Assembly (NCBI GenBank): GCA_024644875.1
Contig: JAHEGY010000006.1
Location: 11,439 to 75,438, forward strand
Source: Cyclobacteriaceae bacterium
GTDB taxonomy: Bacteria; Bacteroidota; Bacteroidia; Cytophagales; Cyclobacteriaceae
DNA: 64,000 bases
Direction: 5' to 3'
The notes under the pieces: model-generated
What the model was told of the DNA's origin: nothing
What the model saw: only the letters and a program-made list of their open reading frames with translations
The model's database searches: none
Made by a program: the position numbers and the translations under genes
Shown here: in pieces, positions 1 through 9,792 of the stretch
Position numbering within the stretch: position 1 is the first letter of the stretch
Layout of the letters: every line of letters starts with the position of its first letter

Positions 1-717
1 AGTTTCTGTTAGTGTATTTGGCACAAAGTTTATTTCAGATACGTCAGGATCGGGAGCTAACCTGCTGGCTTCCAGATCGGAAGTCTTAATTCGAATATTT
101 CTCCATCTTACTTTCTTACCAATTTTCTCCGGATCATCACCAACCCCATGAACCTGAAGGGCTATGAATCCAGAAGCAGTTTCATTATCTACCAGGTTTG
201 CGCACATCACGCCATTTATCCAGGTTCTTATGTGGTTTCCAATAGCTTCAATTCTATAGGTATTCCATTCACCTGGCTTAAATGCCGCAGATCCTTTTTC
301 ATTTCTGGCGAGATTATACAACCAATCTCTTCGTGCTTCATCATATATTCCTCCGCTCCAAGCCCGGTTACTTGGGTCAATCTCACACTGATAACCATGT
401 ACACGGCCCTTCATATAGTTATCAACACTTAAACTTCTGAACTGTATACCTGAATTAAGGGGTGGTTCTACATTAACATCCAATTCAAGAATAAAATCAC
501 CATAATCTTTTTCTGTACAGAGAAAACTGTTGGGTTCCTTTGGGACTGAGACCCCAATGATTTCATTATTATCCACAACATATTCCGCATTCCCGTTAAG
601 TTGCTTCCAACCATCCAGGTCTTTTCCGTTAAATAAGTCTATCCATCCATTATCTCCCTGTGAATAAACAATTACAGGTATCAGGAATAATGCAACAATT
701 ATAAAAGTCTTCCTCAT
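1..717 (-). CDS. Secreted DUF1080 / 3-keto-disaccharide-hydrolase-family protein (partial, runs off the left edge)
   Basis: My own minus-strand translation from the ATG at 717 gives MRKTFIIVALFLIPVIVYSQGDNGWIDLFNGKDLDGWKQ... This is a signal peptide followed by the LFNGKDLxGW opening typical of DUF1080. The frame stays open to position 1, and it is absent from the ORF track because it has no in-window stop. Confidence 0.8.
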   Translation of the reverse strand, partial: MRKTFIIVALFLIPVIVYSQGDNGWIDLFNGKDLDGWKQLNGNAEYVVDNNEIIGVSVPKEPNSFLCTEKDYGDFILELDVNVEPPLNSGIQFRSLSVDNYMKGRVHGYQCEIDPSNRAWSGGIYDEARRDWLYNLARNEKGSAAFKPGEWNTYRIEAIGNHIRTWINGVMCANLVDNETASGFIALQVHGVGDDPEKIGKKVRWRNIRIKTSDLEASRLAPDPDVSEINFVPNTLTET

Positions 718-852
718 TTTTGATTAAATTTTAATTACTAAAAAGCAGTTCAAAAATAAAGGATATATAATTCTATATCTAGGTTATTTCAAAAAATCCT
801 GAAAAATAAATTGTGTGTTTACCGGCTTATTATCTGAGATTTCAATGGTATC

Positions 853-886
853 AAAAAAATAAGGCTGCTCCAAAAAGGAGCAGCCT
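853..886 (-). terminator. Intrinsic-terminator-like hairpin with a T-tract on the minus strand
   Basis: Perfect 10-bp stem AGGCTGCTCC / GGAGCAGCCT (862-871 / 877-886) with a 5-nt loop. The A-run at 853-861 on the + strand becomes a U-tract after the hairpin on the minus strand. No annotated minus-strand gene lies upstream of it. Confidence 0.45.
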
Positions 887-1084
887 CGAAAACCCAAAAC
901 CTACTACCATGAATCGTCCCCTCTATCACTCTACACAATTATAAATACGGCAGTCCTGTTTCAAATATCGGATCAATGTCTATGAATCGGAGTCAACCGG
1001 AAGAATTCCAGTTAAATCGGAATTTTTTATCTGTGAAAGGATGTTAAAAAAATCTATCTTTGATTGTAATCTAATAGTTAGGAA

Positions 1085-1663
1085 ATGAAAATCAGACACT
1101 TTTTTATCATTCTATTCTTTTTTATGTGTTATATAGGATATGCACAGACTGAAAATCCGGATACTAAAGACCTGACCAAAGAGGAAAGAAAAGCCATGAG
1201 AAAAGCCAAAAAGGAAGAAGATAAAAGAAAACGTGAAGAGGCTTTGAAAAATTTCAAAGAATATGCTGATAAGCGGGAATGGGTTGTTGAAGCCTATATG
1301 GTTTATGACAAACAGGGTCAAAGTTACCAGATGGATCCATCAATAAATTTTGTAAGTGTGGTCGGGGAAGAAACCACAATTCAATTATCATTTAATGGGA
1401 TTATGGGCTGGAATGGCGTTGGAGGTATTACCCTGGAAGGAAAGATAGGTAAATACGAGCACTCAAGTGATAACAAATCGGTGAATATTACCATGACAGC
1501 CATGGGATCAGGATTGGGCATTGTAGATATATTTTTATCTGTTACAGGGGATGGTAACGGTCGTGTAACGGTTAGTGGGAATTGGGGAGACAGGATCACC
1601 TTTCAGGGCAAATATGTTTCCCTGGAAGAATCATCTGTTTTCAAAGGAACACCAACCTATTAA
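1085..1663 (+). CDS. Hypothetical secreted protein
   Basis: 192-aa ORF with a signal peptide (MKIRHFFIILFFFMCYIGYAQ), a Lys/Glu-rich linker and a Gly-rich beta-type domain. I do not confidently recognise a family. Confidence 0.6.
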   Translation: MKIRHFFIILFFFMCYIGYAQTENPDTKDLTKEERKAMRKAKKEEDKRKREEALKNFKEYADKREWVVEAYMVYDKQGQSYQMDPSINFVSVVGEETTIQLSFNGIMGWNGVGGITLEGKIGKYEHSSDNKSVNITMTAMGSGLGIVDIFLSVTGDGNGRVTVSGNWGDRITFQGKYVSLEESSVFKGTPTY

Positions 1664-1746
1664 AGGTCACGATATCTAATATAATCTCATAAAAGTTATA
1701 TTTGTAACGGAATAATGAGTCCCGTGATAGAATTCTTTCATGTAAT

Positions 1747-2871
1747 TCAACGCAATAGCATCGCAACACCGATACCGATATAATTTCCGATAGCGTAACC
1801 CAATAGACCCATTGTGATTCCTGTTACTATCACTTCTTTATTTTTAATGACGTTTGCTACGGGACCGATGAATGCTGGCCCATAAATTGCTGCGGTGGAT
1901 GTAATAATTACAGTATCACGATCGATACGGAAAATGGAGGCGAGTATATAGTGCAGAACGATCGACGTGAACATTACAAAGGTCGTATACAGGAATAGAT
2001 CAGAGCTTTTGCTAAGCAGCTCATTTATATTTGCCATAGCACCTATGGAAAGCGAAAAAATCAACAATAAATAAAATGCCGTTTCATAGGATCCTTTGAT
2101 TTTTTGTATCTTTTTTATGAAACTTGCCGCGATCCCCAATGTGGTTAATACCAGTATTACCCATGTCTCATCAATATCACCCTTAATAGTAATTGATATC
2201 CATGCTGCTAATCCCAGAATAATAACGCCCAACATCAATACAATAATTATATTGAGTGCCAGCTGACGTTTCGAAATTTTGTTACTGGATTCAACTTTTA
2301 AACCTGGTTGTTTTTGAATATTTGATTTGTAATCAGGAAGGAATAATCCAAGTAACCTTTTAATAAAAGTAATAATGAATATAAAGTAAATACTGCCCAA
2401 TACCACGTCCGAACTATTTAACAGTACATAAACTTCTTTCGGGGTGTCAAATGCCATTCCAATAGCACTCATATTAGGAGTACCTCCTGTATAAACACCA
2501 ATCAGCATTCCTGATATCCTCCACGCTTCGGGTATGCTGTTCCGGTATATATAGTAAAAAAAAACAGCTGATACTACAACAGAAAAAACGCTCAGGATAT
2601 AACTGAGTATTGATTTCCCGGCATGATTGACCCAATCAAGCACATTGGAATTGAATAGAAGCAGTGGTATGGCAAGACTGATACTAATTACTGAGACCTC
2701 GGAATATACATTTTTATCCAGGTTCAAAAAAGGCAGATTCGCTAGAATAATACCAGTTGCGTAGCAAATAACGATCGGGCTAATTATCTTAACCAGCTTG
2801 TTGCGGTGCTCTAAATAAAGAACAAGTGCAGGAAATAAAACAACAAATACAACCTGAAATACAATCATCAT
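1747..2871 (-). CDS. Polytopic membrane protein, DUF819-like putative transporter
   Basis: 374-aa ORF that is hydrophobic throughout, in two halves split by a charged loop (KSNIQKQPGLKVESSNKISKRQ). The N-terminus (LFPALVLYLEHRNK...) resembles DUF819 proteins by eye. Confidence 0.55.
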   Translation of the reverse strand: MMIVFQVVFVVLFPALVLYLEHRNKLVKIISPIVICYATGIILANLPFLNLDKNVYSEVSVISISLAIPLLLFNSNVLDWVNHAGKSILSYILSVFSVVVSAVFFYYIYRNSIPEAWRISGMLIGVYTGGTPNMSAIGMAFDTPKEVYVLLNSSDVVLGSIYFIFIITFIKRLLGLFLPDYKSNIQKQPGLKVESSNKISKRQLALNIIIVLMLGVIILGLAAWISITIKGDIDETWVILVLTTLGIAASFIKKIQKIKGSYETAFYLLLIFSLSIGAMANINELLSKSSDLFLYTTFVMFTSIVLHYILASIFRIDRDTVIITSTAAIYGPAFIGPVANVIKNKEVIVTGITMGLLGYAIGNYIGIGVAMLLR

Positions 2872-3229
2872 AGCAAATCAAATGTCTAAATAATGTGCAA
2901 ATTTTCCAACATTATTAAAATCATAATAAAAGAACCTGAAGGTGATCTGGCAATATATGACACATTTAGTATCCCATAATTGCATTTAAACATTTTAATT
3001 TTTACTATTTAAGCCTTATCATTCAAGCATCTAACTAATTGTTTGAAATACTTGATTTTTGCCAAATTTTTTGTTACCTTGATTAGTGCTGGCCTTTAGC
3101 TTATAGTACAAATGAGGATAATGCCGAAATTTTATTTTTCTCATATTAGCGTTCTTTGAACCGATTTTAACCCAGAGGATTTGAATTTGCATCGTATTGG
3201 ATCCTATTTATAACCCAAACTTCAATATT

Positions 3230-3808
3230 ATGAAAAACGCCAAACCGATTTCCGCTTTATTTTGCGGCATACTGCTTTTGAGTATGCCTTTTATCTCCTG
3301 TAATGACATAAAGAATGATCCTTCCCCTTTTGAAAGTTATCGCGCCTTACAATTTATTGAGGATGACAATGAATTTCAGGTCACAACTTTAGATAATAAT
3401 CTGATCTTAACTTTCAGTAAAGATGACTTTAATGAATATGTATCAGAATTCAATATAAAAAACACCCTTTCCATTGTGAAACTTCCTTTTAATTGTCAAA
3501 AAGATGAATTTTTCTCCAACAATATCTGGATTATTAAACCAGAAAATATAAAATTCGATAAGGAGATTTTTATTACACTGAAGTACACCCATGAAGAATT
3601 TGCCCCTAAGTTTAATACGAACGATTTAAAAATTTATAAACTAAAACGAGACTTCCAGATCTCCGACAGGGATGATAATGAGAAATTGCTAATAAGAGTT
3701 ACTGACATGTCTTTATTGGAACATTGTATTCAAAATAATGAACAGATGTACGTTTCCACAAAAATTTCGGAATTCGGCGGATTTGTTTTGGGCCGGGAAG
3801 TCCGATAA
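3230..3808 (+). CDS. Hypothetical lipoprotein
   Basis: The ORF track starts at 3197. The internal ATG at 3230 gives MKNAKPISALFCGILLLSMPFISC, a signal peptide with a lipobox Cys. No recognised domain. Confidence 0.55.
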   Translation: MKNAKPISALFCGILLLSMPFISCNDIKNDPSPFESYRALQFIEDDNEFQVTTLDNNLILTFSKDDFNEYVSEFNIKNTLSIVKLPFNCQKDEFFSNNIWIIKPENIKFDKEIFITLKYTHEEFAPKFNTNDLKIYKLKRDFQISDRDDNEKLLIRVTDMSLLEHCIQNNEQMYVSTKISEFGGFVLGREVR

Positions 3809-3855
3809 GTAGGTGAGGATCAAAAATTAAATAAAAACAATTTAGAAAATTTTAT

Positions 3856-4548
3856 TTATCTTATACCAATAATCAAATACTGCCTTTCTAATAAAAGGGT
3901 GTCGATTACGATTTCTCTAAAATCCAATCCTTCAATTTCACTTATGGCATCTTCTAAACCTAGTTTATGACTGTCAGGAGGCCCGCCGGCTACACCCAGT
4001 TTAAAGTCCACAATTACGATCTTTCCATCTTCTTTAATTCCATTAATTGCCTTTTTCATATAGGAACGCCGATTATCGATATGGTGCCAGGTATTTACGA
4101 CCAATATTCCATCCACTTCCTCACTTTTTAGTTTTGGATCATCATATTCCACCTTACGTAATTCTATATTCTTTGAAAGTTCCTTTAAGTCCTGATTTTC
4201 AAGCTTCTCGCTAATGATTTCCTGGAAACTGGAACTTACATCCGCTGCGATAACATCCGCACCTTTAGCTGCTAATCTCAACGTAAAATACCCGGAGCCA
4301 GCTCCGAGGTCCATAATTTTTTGTCCTTTCACATCTCCAAACACTGCTATCACTTTTTCAGGTTGCTGCCATTCCGCCCGGTCCGGGGAATCAAATGCAT
4401 TGACCAGGGATTCAATACTATTCCTGTTCATGTATTGATTGGCTTCATTCTCCTTTTGTTTACCATCATCCTGAGCAATTGATTTTGTAAAAGACGATCC
4501 AGTAATGATTAGGATGAATAATATGGGGATAAGCTTTTTTATCTTCAT
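3856..4548 (-). CDS. Class I SAM-dependent methyltransferase with an N-terminal hydrophobic signal/anchor
   Basis: SAM-binding motif I IMDLGAGSGYFTLRLA followed by an acidic post-I residue (VIAADVS). The N-terminus is MKIKKLIPILFILIITGSSF. Its start overlaps the upstream permease stop by 4 bp. Confidence 0.8.
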   Translation of the reverse strand: MKIKKLIPILFILIITGSSFTKSIAQDDGKQKENEANQYMNRNSIESLVNAFDSPDRAEWQQPEKVIAVFGDVKGQKIMDLGAGSGYFTLRLAAKGADVIAADVSSSFQEIISEKLENQDLKELSKNIELRKVEYDDPKLKSEEVDGILVVNTWHHIDNRRSYMKKAINGIKEDGKIVIVDFKLGVAGGPPDSHKLGLEDAISEIEGLDFREIVIDTLLLERQYLIIGIR

Positions 4549-5861
4549 TGTGTTATTTTTTGGCTGTATATCTTATTTAAATAATAAATAATGAGGCCTG
4601 CAAAAACCGTTATTAAACCCAAAACCGATTCTAAAGGCCTGTCAATTAATAAATAAGTTAAGGTCCACAAACTTAATAAAATAAAGATCAGTGGTGTAAC
4701 CGGATATCCCGTGACACGATATTTACTTTTTATTTCCGGATGTTTTATCCTCAGGATAAACAATCCAATAACGGATAAAAGGGTAAACAGGTTCATAATA
4801 AATCCTGCATAAACCAGTACTTTATCAAAGGTTGAGGAGACTATTAATACTACGGTAATTGTAGTCTGAACCCATATCGCTACTACGGGCACATTAAACC
4901 TGTTCTTTTTTGACAAAAACTTTAAGATTGGATAATCTTCTCCCATAACCATCGTAACACGTGGCCCAATCCATATCATGGCGCTCACAGTGGATACCAA
5001 CAATAAAGTAATGAGCAGTGACATCAATCTTCCACCAGAATCCCCAAAAATATATGTTGCAGATAAAAATCCTATCTCGATTTTTCCTTCCATTTCGTCC
5101 ATGGGAGTTGTATAAAGAAAAATATAATTAAGGAGGAAATACAAAACGATTACAATCGAAGTGCCTAATATGAGTGATCTCGGGATGTTTTTCGCTGGGT
5201 TTTTAATTTCATCTGTGATATAAACAGAGGCATTCCAACCAGAAAATGCATAAGATACATATATTAAGGAGACGGCAAATGATCCTGAGAATACCTGGCC
5301 CCAATCTTCTTTCACAGGTACCAGATGTAAAGTCTGATGGTCAGTCACAAAAAATCCGGCTATAATGAAAAACAAGATCAAAGCTATTTTTAGAAAAGTT
5401 ACTATTCTTTGAAATTGCCCTCCAAACCTTATTTTAAAGGAATGTATTAATGATAAAATTATGACAATTGCAAGGGCCAAGAAAATTTCATTCCCGGAAC
5501 CAAAAAATGCATTCGAATAACTGGCCATTGCCATGGCGGCAAGTGCAGTTGGCGCCGAGAATGCTACGAGAAATGAAACCCATCCAGCAAGGAAACCTAA
5601 TAAAGGATGGTAAATCTTTGACAGAAAATGATATTCACCTCCGGACCTGGGCAGTTTTGATGCAAGTTCCCCGTAACTCAAAGCCCCACTCATGGCAACC
5701 AATCCACCCACCACCCACAACATCAACAGTGCAAACACAGACTTAATATCTGCAATTTGAAATCCAAGGCTTGTGAATATCCCTGTCCCAACCATATTGG
5801 CCACGACGATGGAGAAAGCTGTTGTTAACCCGACCTTTTGAAGATGAATGTTTTGGTTCAA
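4545..5861 (-). CDS. APC-family amino acid permease
   Basis: 438 aa with about 12 hydrophobic segments. N-terminal APC-type motifs are present: GTGIFTSLG and GALSYGELASKLPRSGGEYHFL. Confidence 0.85.
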   Translation of the reverse strand: MNQNIHLQKVGLTTAFSIVVANMVGTGIFTSLGFQIADIKSVFALLMLWVVGGLVAMSGALSYGELASKLPRSGGEYHFLSKIYHPLLGFLAGWVSFLVAFSAPTALAAMAMASYSNAFFGSGNEIFLALAIVIILSLIHSFKIRFGGQFQRIVTFLKIALILFFIIAGFFVTDHQTLHLVPVKEDWGQVFSGSFAVSLIYVSYAFSGWNASVYITDEIKNPAKNIPRSLILGTSIVIVLYFLLNYIFLYTTPMDEMEGKIEIGFLSATYIFGDSGGRLMSLLITLLLVSTVSAMIWIGPRVTMVMGEDYPILKFLSKKNRFNVPVVAIWVQTTITVVLIVSSTFDKVLVYAGFIMNLFTLLSVIGLFILRIKHPEIKSKYRVTGYPVTPLIFILLSLWTLTYLLIDRPLESVLGLITVFAGLIIYYLNKIYSQKITQ

Positions 5862-5878
5862 ACTATTTTAAAGTAAAC

Positions 5879-5916
5879 AAAAAGGACGAATAATACAGGT
5901 ACCTAATCATTCGTCC
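5879..5916 (-). terminator. Intrinsic terminator downstream of the oxidoreductase gene
   Basis: 8-bp stem GGACGAAT / ATTCGTCC (5884-5891 / 5909-5916). On the minus strand it is followed by TTTTTGTTT. Confidence 0.55.
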
Positions 5917-5937
5917 ATATGTAATATTACGACTTTA

Positions 5938-7263
5938 TTATACTTTTGGCAAAACCCAAGGGTTTCTGTATGTTGCTTTAGTCAATTCATTTGCCTCCTT
6001 ATCATTCACAAACTCAGATTTTGAATTATCCCAATAAATCTTTCTACCTGTTTTAAAAGCAATATTTCCCATATGGGCAACCCGGGCTGTATTGGCTGCG
6101 ATAGCAACATCACAGTTAGGCTTTTCACGGGAATTTATACACTCAAGAAAGTTCTTAACATGATAATCGAGATCTTTTCCACCGCCTTTCTGTAGAGGAA
6201 CTTTCTCCATTTTGTCTTTATTCCCTTCTTTCTCGGGTATGACTTCCCAACCACCCCTGTCAACTACCAGTGTTCCATTATTTCCTATGAATCCAACACC
6301 GTGTGTGCGGCCATAAGGTCCGCCGTCAATTCCAGTGGCGTGTTCCCACATCATGGTGAATCCATCAAATTCATATATAGCCTGAAGCGTGTCCGGTGTT
6401 TCTGACGCATCATCAGGGTAGGCAAATTTTCCTCCGGAAGCAATTACTGATTTTGGTGCGTCTACCTTCATGCCATATAATCCAAAGTCGATTATATGGA
6501 CCCCCCAGTCAGTCATCAAACCACCGGCATAATCCCAGAACCACCTGAAATTAAAATGAAACCGGTTCCTGTTAAAAGGTCTTTTCGTAGCAGGTCCCAA
6601 CCAGAAATCATAATCCACGCCTTCCGGTGCGGGCTCATCAGGCAGTACGGGTACTGGTTTCATCCAGCCCTGATATGCCCATGTCTTAACTGTCCGAATA
6701 TTTCCTAACTTACCTGAAAAAACAAAATCCATTGCATCACGCCAGTGCGGACCACTTCTCTGCCACTGTCCAACCTGAACAACCCGATCATACTTACGGG
6801 CTGCCTTGACCATTATATCCAATTCTTCTATTGAATTGGCCAGAGGTTTCTCACAGTACACATCTTTTCCTGCTTCACAGGCTTCTACCATGGGCAGACA
6901 GTGCCAGTGGTCCGGGGTGCCTATAATTACAACATCAATATCTTTATTCTCTATCAACTTCCTGTAATCCTTGTATTGAACCGGTTTCTTACCAGTCTTC
7001 TTTTCAACATCTGCTGTTCTTTGATCGAGAACGCCCTGGTCGACATCACATAAAGCAGCACATTCAACATCAGGTTGATTAAGAAATGTTTGCAGGTCAG
7101 AAAATCCCATTCCTTTACAACCTATAAGCCCTACAATAACTTTATCATTTGCACCAGAAAAGCTCTTGGCTAACACGCTCCCCGCGGACAGAGAAGATAA
7201 CATACCAGCACCAGTGATTATTTTGCCTGTATTATTGATAAATTTTCTTCTGGAATTGTTCAT
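5938..7263 (-). CDS. TAT-exported Gfo/Idh/MocA-family oxidoreductase
   Basis: Twin-arginine signal MNNSRRKFINNTGKIITGAGMLS, Rossmann start VGLIGCKGMG, and the family EKP motif (VYCEKPLANS). Confidence 0.9.
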   Translation of the reverse strand: MNNSRRKFINNTGKIITGAGMLSSLSAGSVLAKSFSGANDKVIVGLIGCKGMGFSDLQTFLNQPDVECAALCDVDQGVLDQRTADVEKKTGKKPVQYKDYRKLIENKDIDVVIIGTPDHWHCLPMVEACEAGKDVYCEKPLANSIEELDIMVKAARKYDRVVQVGQWQRSGPHWRDAMDFVFSGKLGNIRTVKTWAYQGWMKPVPVLPDEPAPEGVDYDFWLGPATKRPFNRNRFHFNFRWFWDYAGGLMTDWGVHIIDFGLYGMKVDAPKSVIASGGKFAYPDDASETPDTLQAIYEFDGFTMMWEHATGIDGGPYGRTHGVGFIGNNGTLVVDRGGWEVIPEKEGNKDKMEKVPLQKGGGKDLDYHVKNFLECINSREKPNCDVAIAANTARVAHMGNIAFKTGRKIYWDNSKSEFVNDKEANELTKATYRNPWVLPKV

Positions 7264-7398
7264 ATCTTAATTTTTATATCAAAAAGTTAATTATCATTTT
7301 GTCGAAAGCGATTAAATATAGCAAAAGCTTTTAATTATTCATATTAAATAGCTGTTATCTCCATTTTTTACCGACAATTATATCATTTGGTTTTATAT

Positions 7399-7412
7399 AT
7401 GATTTAAATCAT
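7399..7412. promoter_or_regulatory. Perfect 14-bp palindrome in a divergent promoter region (candidate operator)
   Basis: ATGATTTAAATCAT at 7399-7412, between the divergently transcribed genes starting at 7263 (-) and 7558 (+). The DNA here is AT-rich, so chance occurrence is not excluded. Confidence 0.25.
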
Positions 7413-7557
7413 TATATATAGGTAAAATCGGATATAATATAGTACTTGTAAGATTAGAAAGAGGTAATAAGTTTAGTGGTTAAAATAATCAGAATTTCTA
7501 CAGATTCTGACATTATTTTCGGCTTGTTAATTTTTGGGTATTTTTTAATAAGATTGT

Positions 7558-9756
7558 GTGCTAAGAGGATTTTTTATTTTACTTATTATTGTATTTTCAA
7601 TGCAGATTTCCGTAGGGCAGATCCAGCTTGATCAAGTTGAGGACACCGTATCGGGTATAAAAAAAAGTGTTGAAGTATTTTTAGTTGATGATCCCCCCAA
7701 AATTGATGGAGTCATGAATGATCCAGTCTGGAAAACAGCTCCCTATATCGATGAATTCTACCAAAGAGAGCCAAACAACGGAGACCCGATCACCAAACCA
7801 ACAAAAGTATTCATCTGCTTTGACGAAAAAACCCTATACATCGGGTTTCAATGCTTTGACGATCCGGAAAAGATCACTGCTAAGGAACTTCTCAGGGATA
7901 TTAGTTTAGGAGAGGATGATCGTGTCCAGGTAATACTCGACACATATCTGGATGGCAGAAATGCATTCTGGTTTCAGATTGGTCCACTGGGATCTATCGG
8001 GGATGCGCTAGTGAGTGATAATGGAGCTGGATTCAACAAGCAATGGGATGGAATCTGGGAAGGAAAAGCGAAGATCAATGATCATGGCTGGGATGCCGAA
8101 ATGGCCATCCCTTTTAAAACACTGAATTTCAGACCGGATCAGGATGTGTGGGGATTAAAATTATTAAGACATATCAAGCGAAACCTCGAGAGATCTTACT
8201 GGCCGGTTGCCAATCTTAATACCTACGACTTCCAGGTATCAGATGCCGGTTTGATGAAGGGGATGAAAGGCATGTCACAAGGATTTGGATTGGATATCCA
8301 ACCTTACGCTTTAGTAGGAATTGAAAGACAGACAGATGAAGAGAATACTTTTAAATGGAATGTTGGCGGAGATGCGTTTTATCAGATTTCAAGTGGATTA
8401 AATGCCGCATTGACCATAAATACGGATTTTGCTCAGACAGAAGCCGATGACCGTCAGATCAATCTGACCAGGTTCTCATTGTTTTTCCCTGAAAAGAGGG
8501 ATTTTTTCCTGGATGGTGCGAATTACTTTAATTTTGGATTTAATACCGATTCCAGGAACAGATACGGGCAGAGGATGATCCCATATTTTTCAAGGAGGAT
8601 CGGGCTTGATGAAAATGGCAATCCCATCCCTATTGTTGTGGGGCTTAAAATGATCGGACAAGCAGGCAACTGGAATATCGGAGCTTTAAACAGTACCCAG
8701 AAAACAGATTCATCCTATCAGAATTTTACAGTGGCCAGAGTCAGTCACAATATTGGCAAGCAATCCTATATCGGCATGATAGGAACCAAAGGAAATGCCA
8801 TAGGCGCTGAAAGCAACTGGCTTGCCGGTATAGATTTCAAAATAGGAACCGATAGTTTCAGGGGAGATAAGAATCTTATGTTCACAGGTTATGCGGTAAA
8901 ATCAAATACTGAAGGTTATGATGAGGGTGAATATTCTTTTGGTGGAGAGGTCAATTATCCTAATGATTTTCTGAACTTCAGAGTGGGGTACCAGCAAATT
9001 GGGGAAAACTATCTTTCGGGTTTGGGGTTTGTCCCACGACCAGGTATACGGGAGTCTTACGCGAATTTATTTTTCGGTCCACGCCCAAATAAATGGGGTA
9101 TAATGAAAATTAATATCGGGGGTTTTATTAATTATATTACAGATATGGCCAATACTCTTCAGACAAGGGATATTTTCCTGAAAATTGCTGAGTTTGAATT
9201 CCTGTCAGGAGAAATAGCCGAGTATTCCTTAAACAATACCTATGAATACCTTTATGAAGATTTTCATATATTTCCCCGGGATTCTATATGGATCGATGCA
9301 GGAACTTATTCATTCTGGAGGCAAGGAATAGAATTGAGTACAGCTCCCAGAAGAATGTTTTGGGTTTCTACTGATATTTCCTGGGGTAATTTTTTCGATG
9401 GTAAAAGGATGGATATAGAATTAAAGTCAGGATTAAAGATTGGAATACCCGTTTTTATAGGTCTGGAATTCGAACACAACAAGGTAGATCTTTCCCGGGG
9501 AAGTTTTACAGTAAATGTTTACCGGATTAAGGGAGACATTTACTTCAGCCCTGACATTACCCTGACAAACTTTGTGCAATACGATAACCTGTCCGAAAGC
9601 TGGGGTTGGCAGTCCAGGTTTCAGTGGATCCTGAAACCTGGAAATGAAATCCACTTCGTTTGGAATTCATTGGTTTTACCTGCTACCAGCAGGGATCAGT
9701 TCCTGCTTTCTGAAAATTCTGCTCTCCTGAAAGTGAATTACAATTTTCGTTTTTGA
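7558..9756 (+). CDS. DUF5916 / CBM9-like domain outer-membrane protein
   Basis: GTG start and signal peptide (MLRGFFILLIIVFSMQISVGQ). The N-terminal motif DDPPKIDGVMNDPVWKTAPYIDEFYQREPNNGDP is typical of CBM9-like/DUF5916 proteins. The C-terminus ends ...VNYNFRF, an OMP-like terminal Phe. Confidence 0.8.
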   Translation: MLRGFFILLIIVFSMQISVGQIQLDQVEDTVSGIKKSVEVFLVDDPPKIDGVMNDPVWKTAPYIDEFYQREPNNGDPITKPTKVFICFDEKTLYIGFQCFDDPEKITAKELLRDISLGEDDRVQVILDTYLDGRNAFWFQIGPLGSIGDALVSDNGAGFNKQWDGIWEGKAKINDHGWDAEMAIPFKTLNFRPDQDVWGLKLLRHIKRNLERSYWPVANLNTYDFQVSDAGLMKGMKGMSQGFGLDIQPYALVGIERQTDEENTFKWNVGGDAFYQISSGLNAALTINTDFAQTEADDRQINLTRFSLFFPEKRDFFLDGANYFNFGFNTDSRNRYGQRMIPYFSRRIGLDENGNPIPIVVGLKMIGQAGNWNIGALNSTQKTDSSYQNFTVARVSHNIGKQSYIGMIGTKGNAIGAESNWLAGIDFKIGTDSFRGDKNLMFTGYAVKSNTEGYDEGEYSFGGEVNYPNDFLNFRVGYQQIGENYLSGLGFVPRPGIRESYANLFFGPRPNKWGIMKINIGGFINYITDMANTLQTRDIFLKIAEFEFLSGEIAEYSLNNTYEYLYEDFHIFPRDSIWIDAGTYSFWRQGIELSTAPRRMFWVSTDISWGNFFDGKRMDIELKSGLKIGIPVFIGLEFEHNKVDLSRGSFTVNVYRIKGDIYFSPDITLTNFVQYDNLSESWGWQSRFQWILKPGNEIHFVWNSLVLPATSRDQFLLSENSALLKVNYNFRF

Positions 9757-9792
9757 TATTCCAGTTATTTTTTATACATCAAGTGCCAATAT

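Noticed and set aside
148-432. Many ORF-track entries lie antisense to or nested inside larger genes. Examples: 148-432, 1112-1321, 4214-4438, 5468-5746, 11777-12133, 11868-12221, 21309-21749, 34597-35073, 36114-36536, 47235-47483, 50714-50989, 51816-52152.
   Set aside because: Each overlaps a longer ORF on the other strand or frame that has clear family motifs. Their translations are low-complexity or lack motifs, so they are shadow ORFs.
851-910. A 19-codon hydrophobic minus-strand ORF (MVVGFGFSRLLLFGAALFF) that could be a type I toxin-like peptide.
   Set aside because: It is built largely from the terminator hairpin and its A/T tract, so its hydrophobicity is a by-product of that sequence. 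There is no supporting start context.
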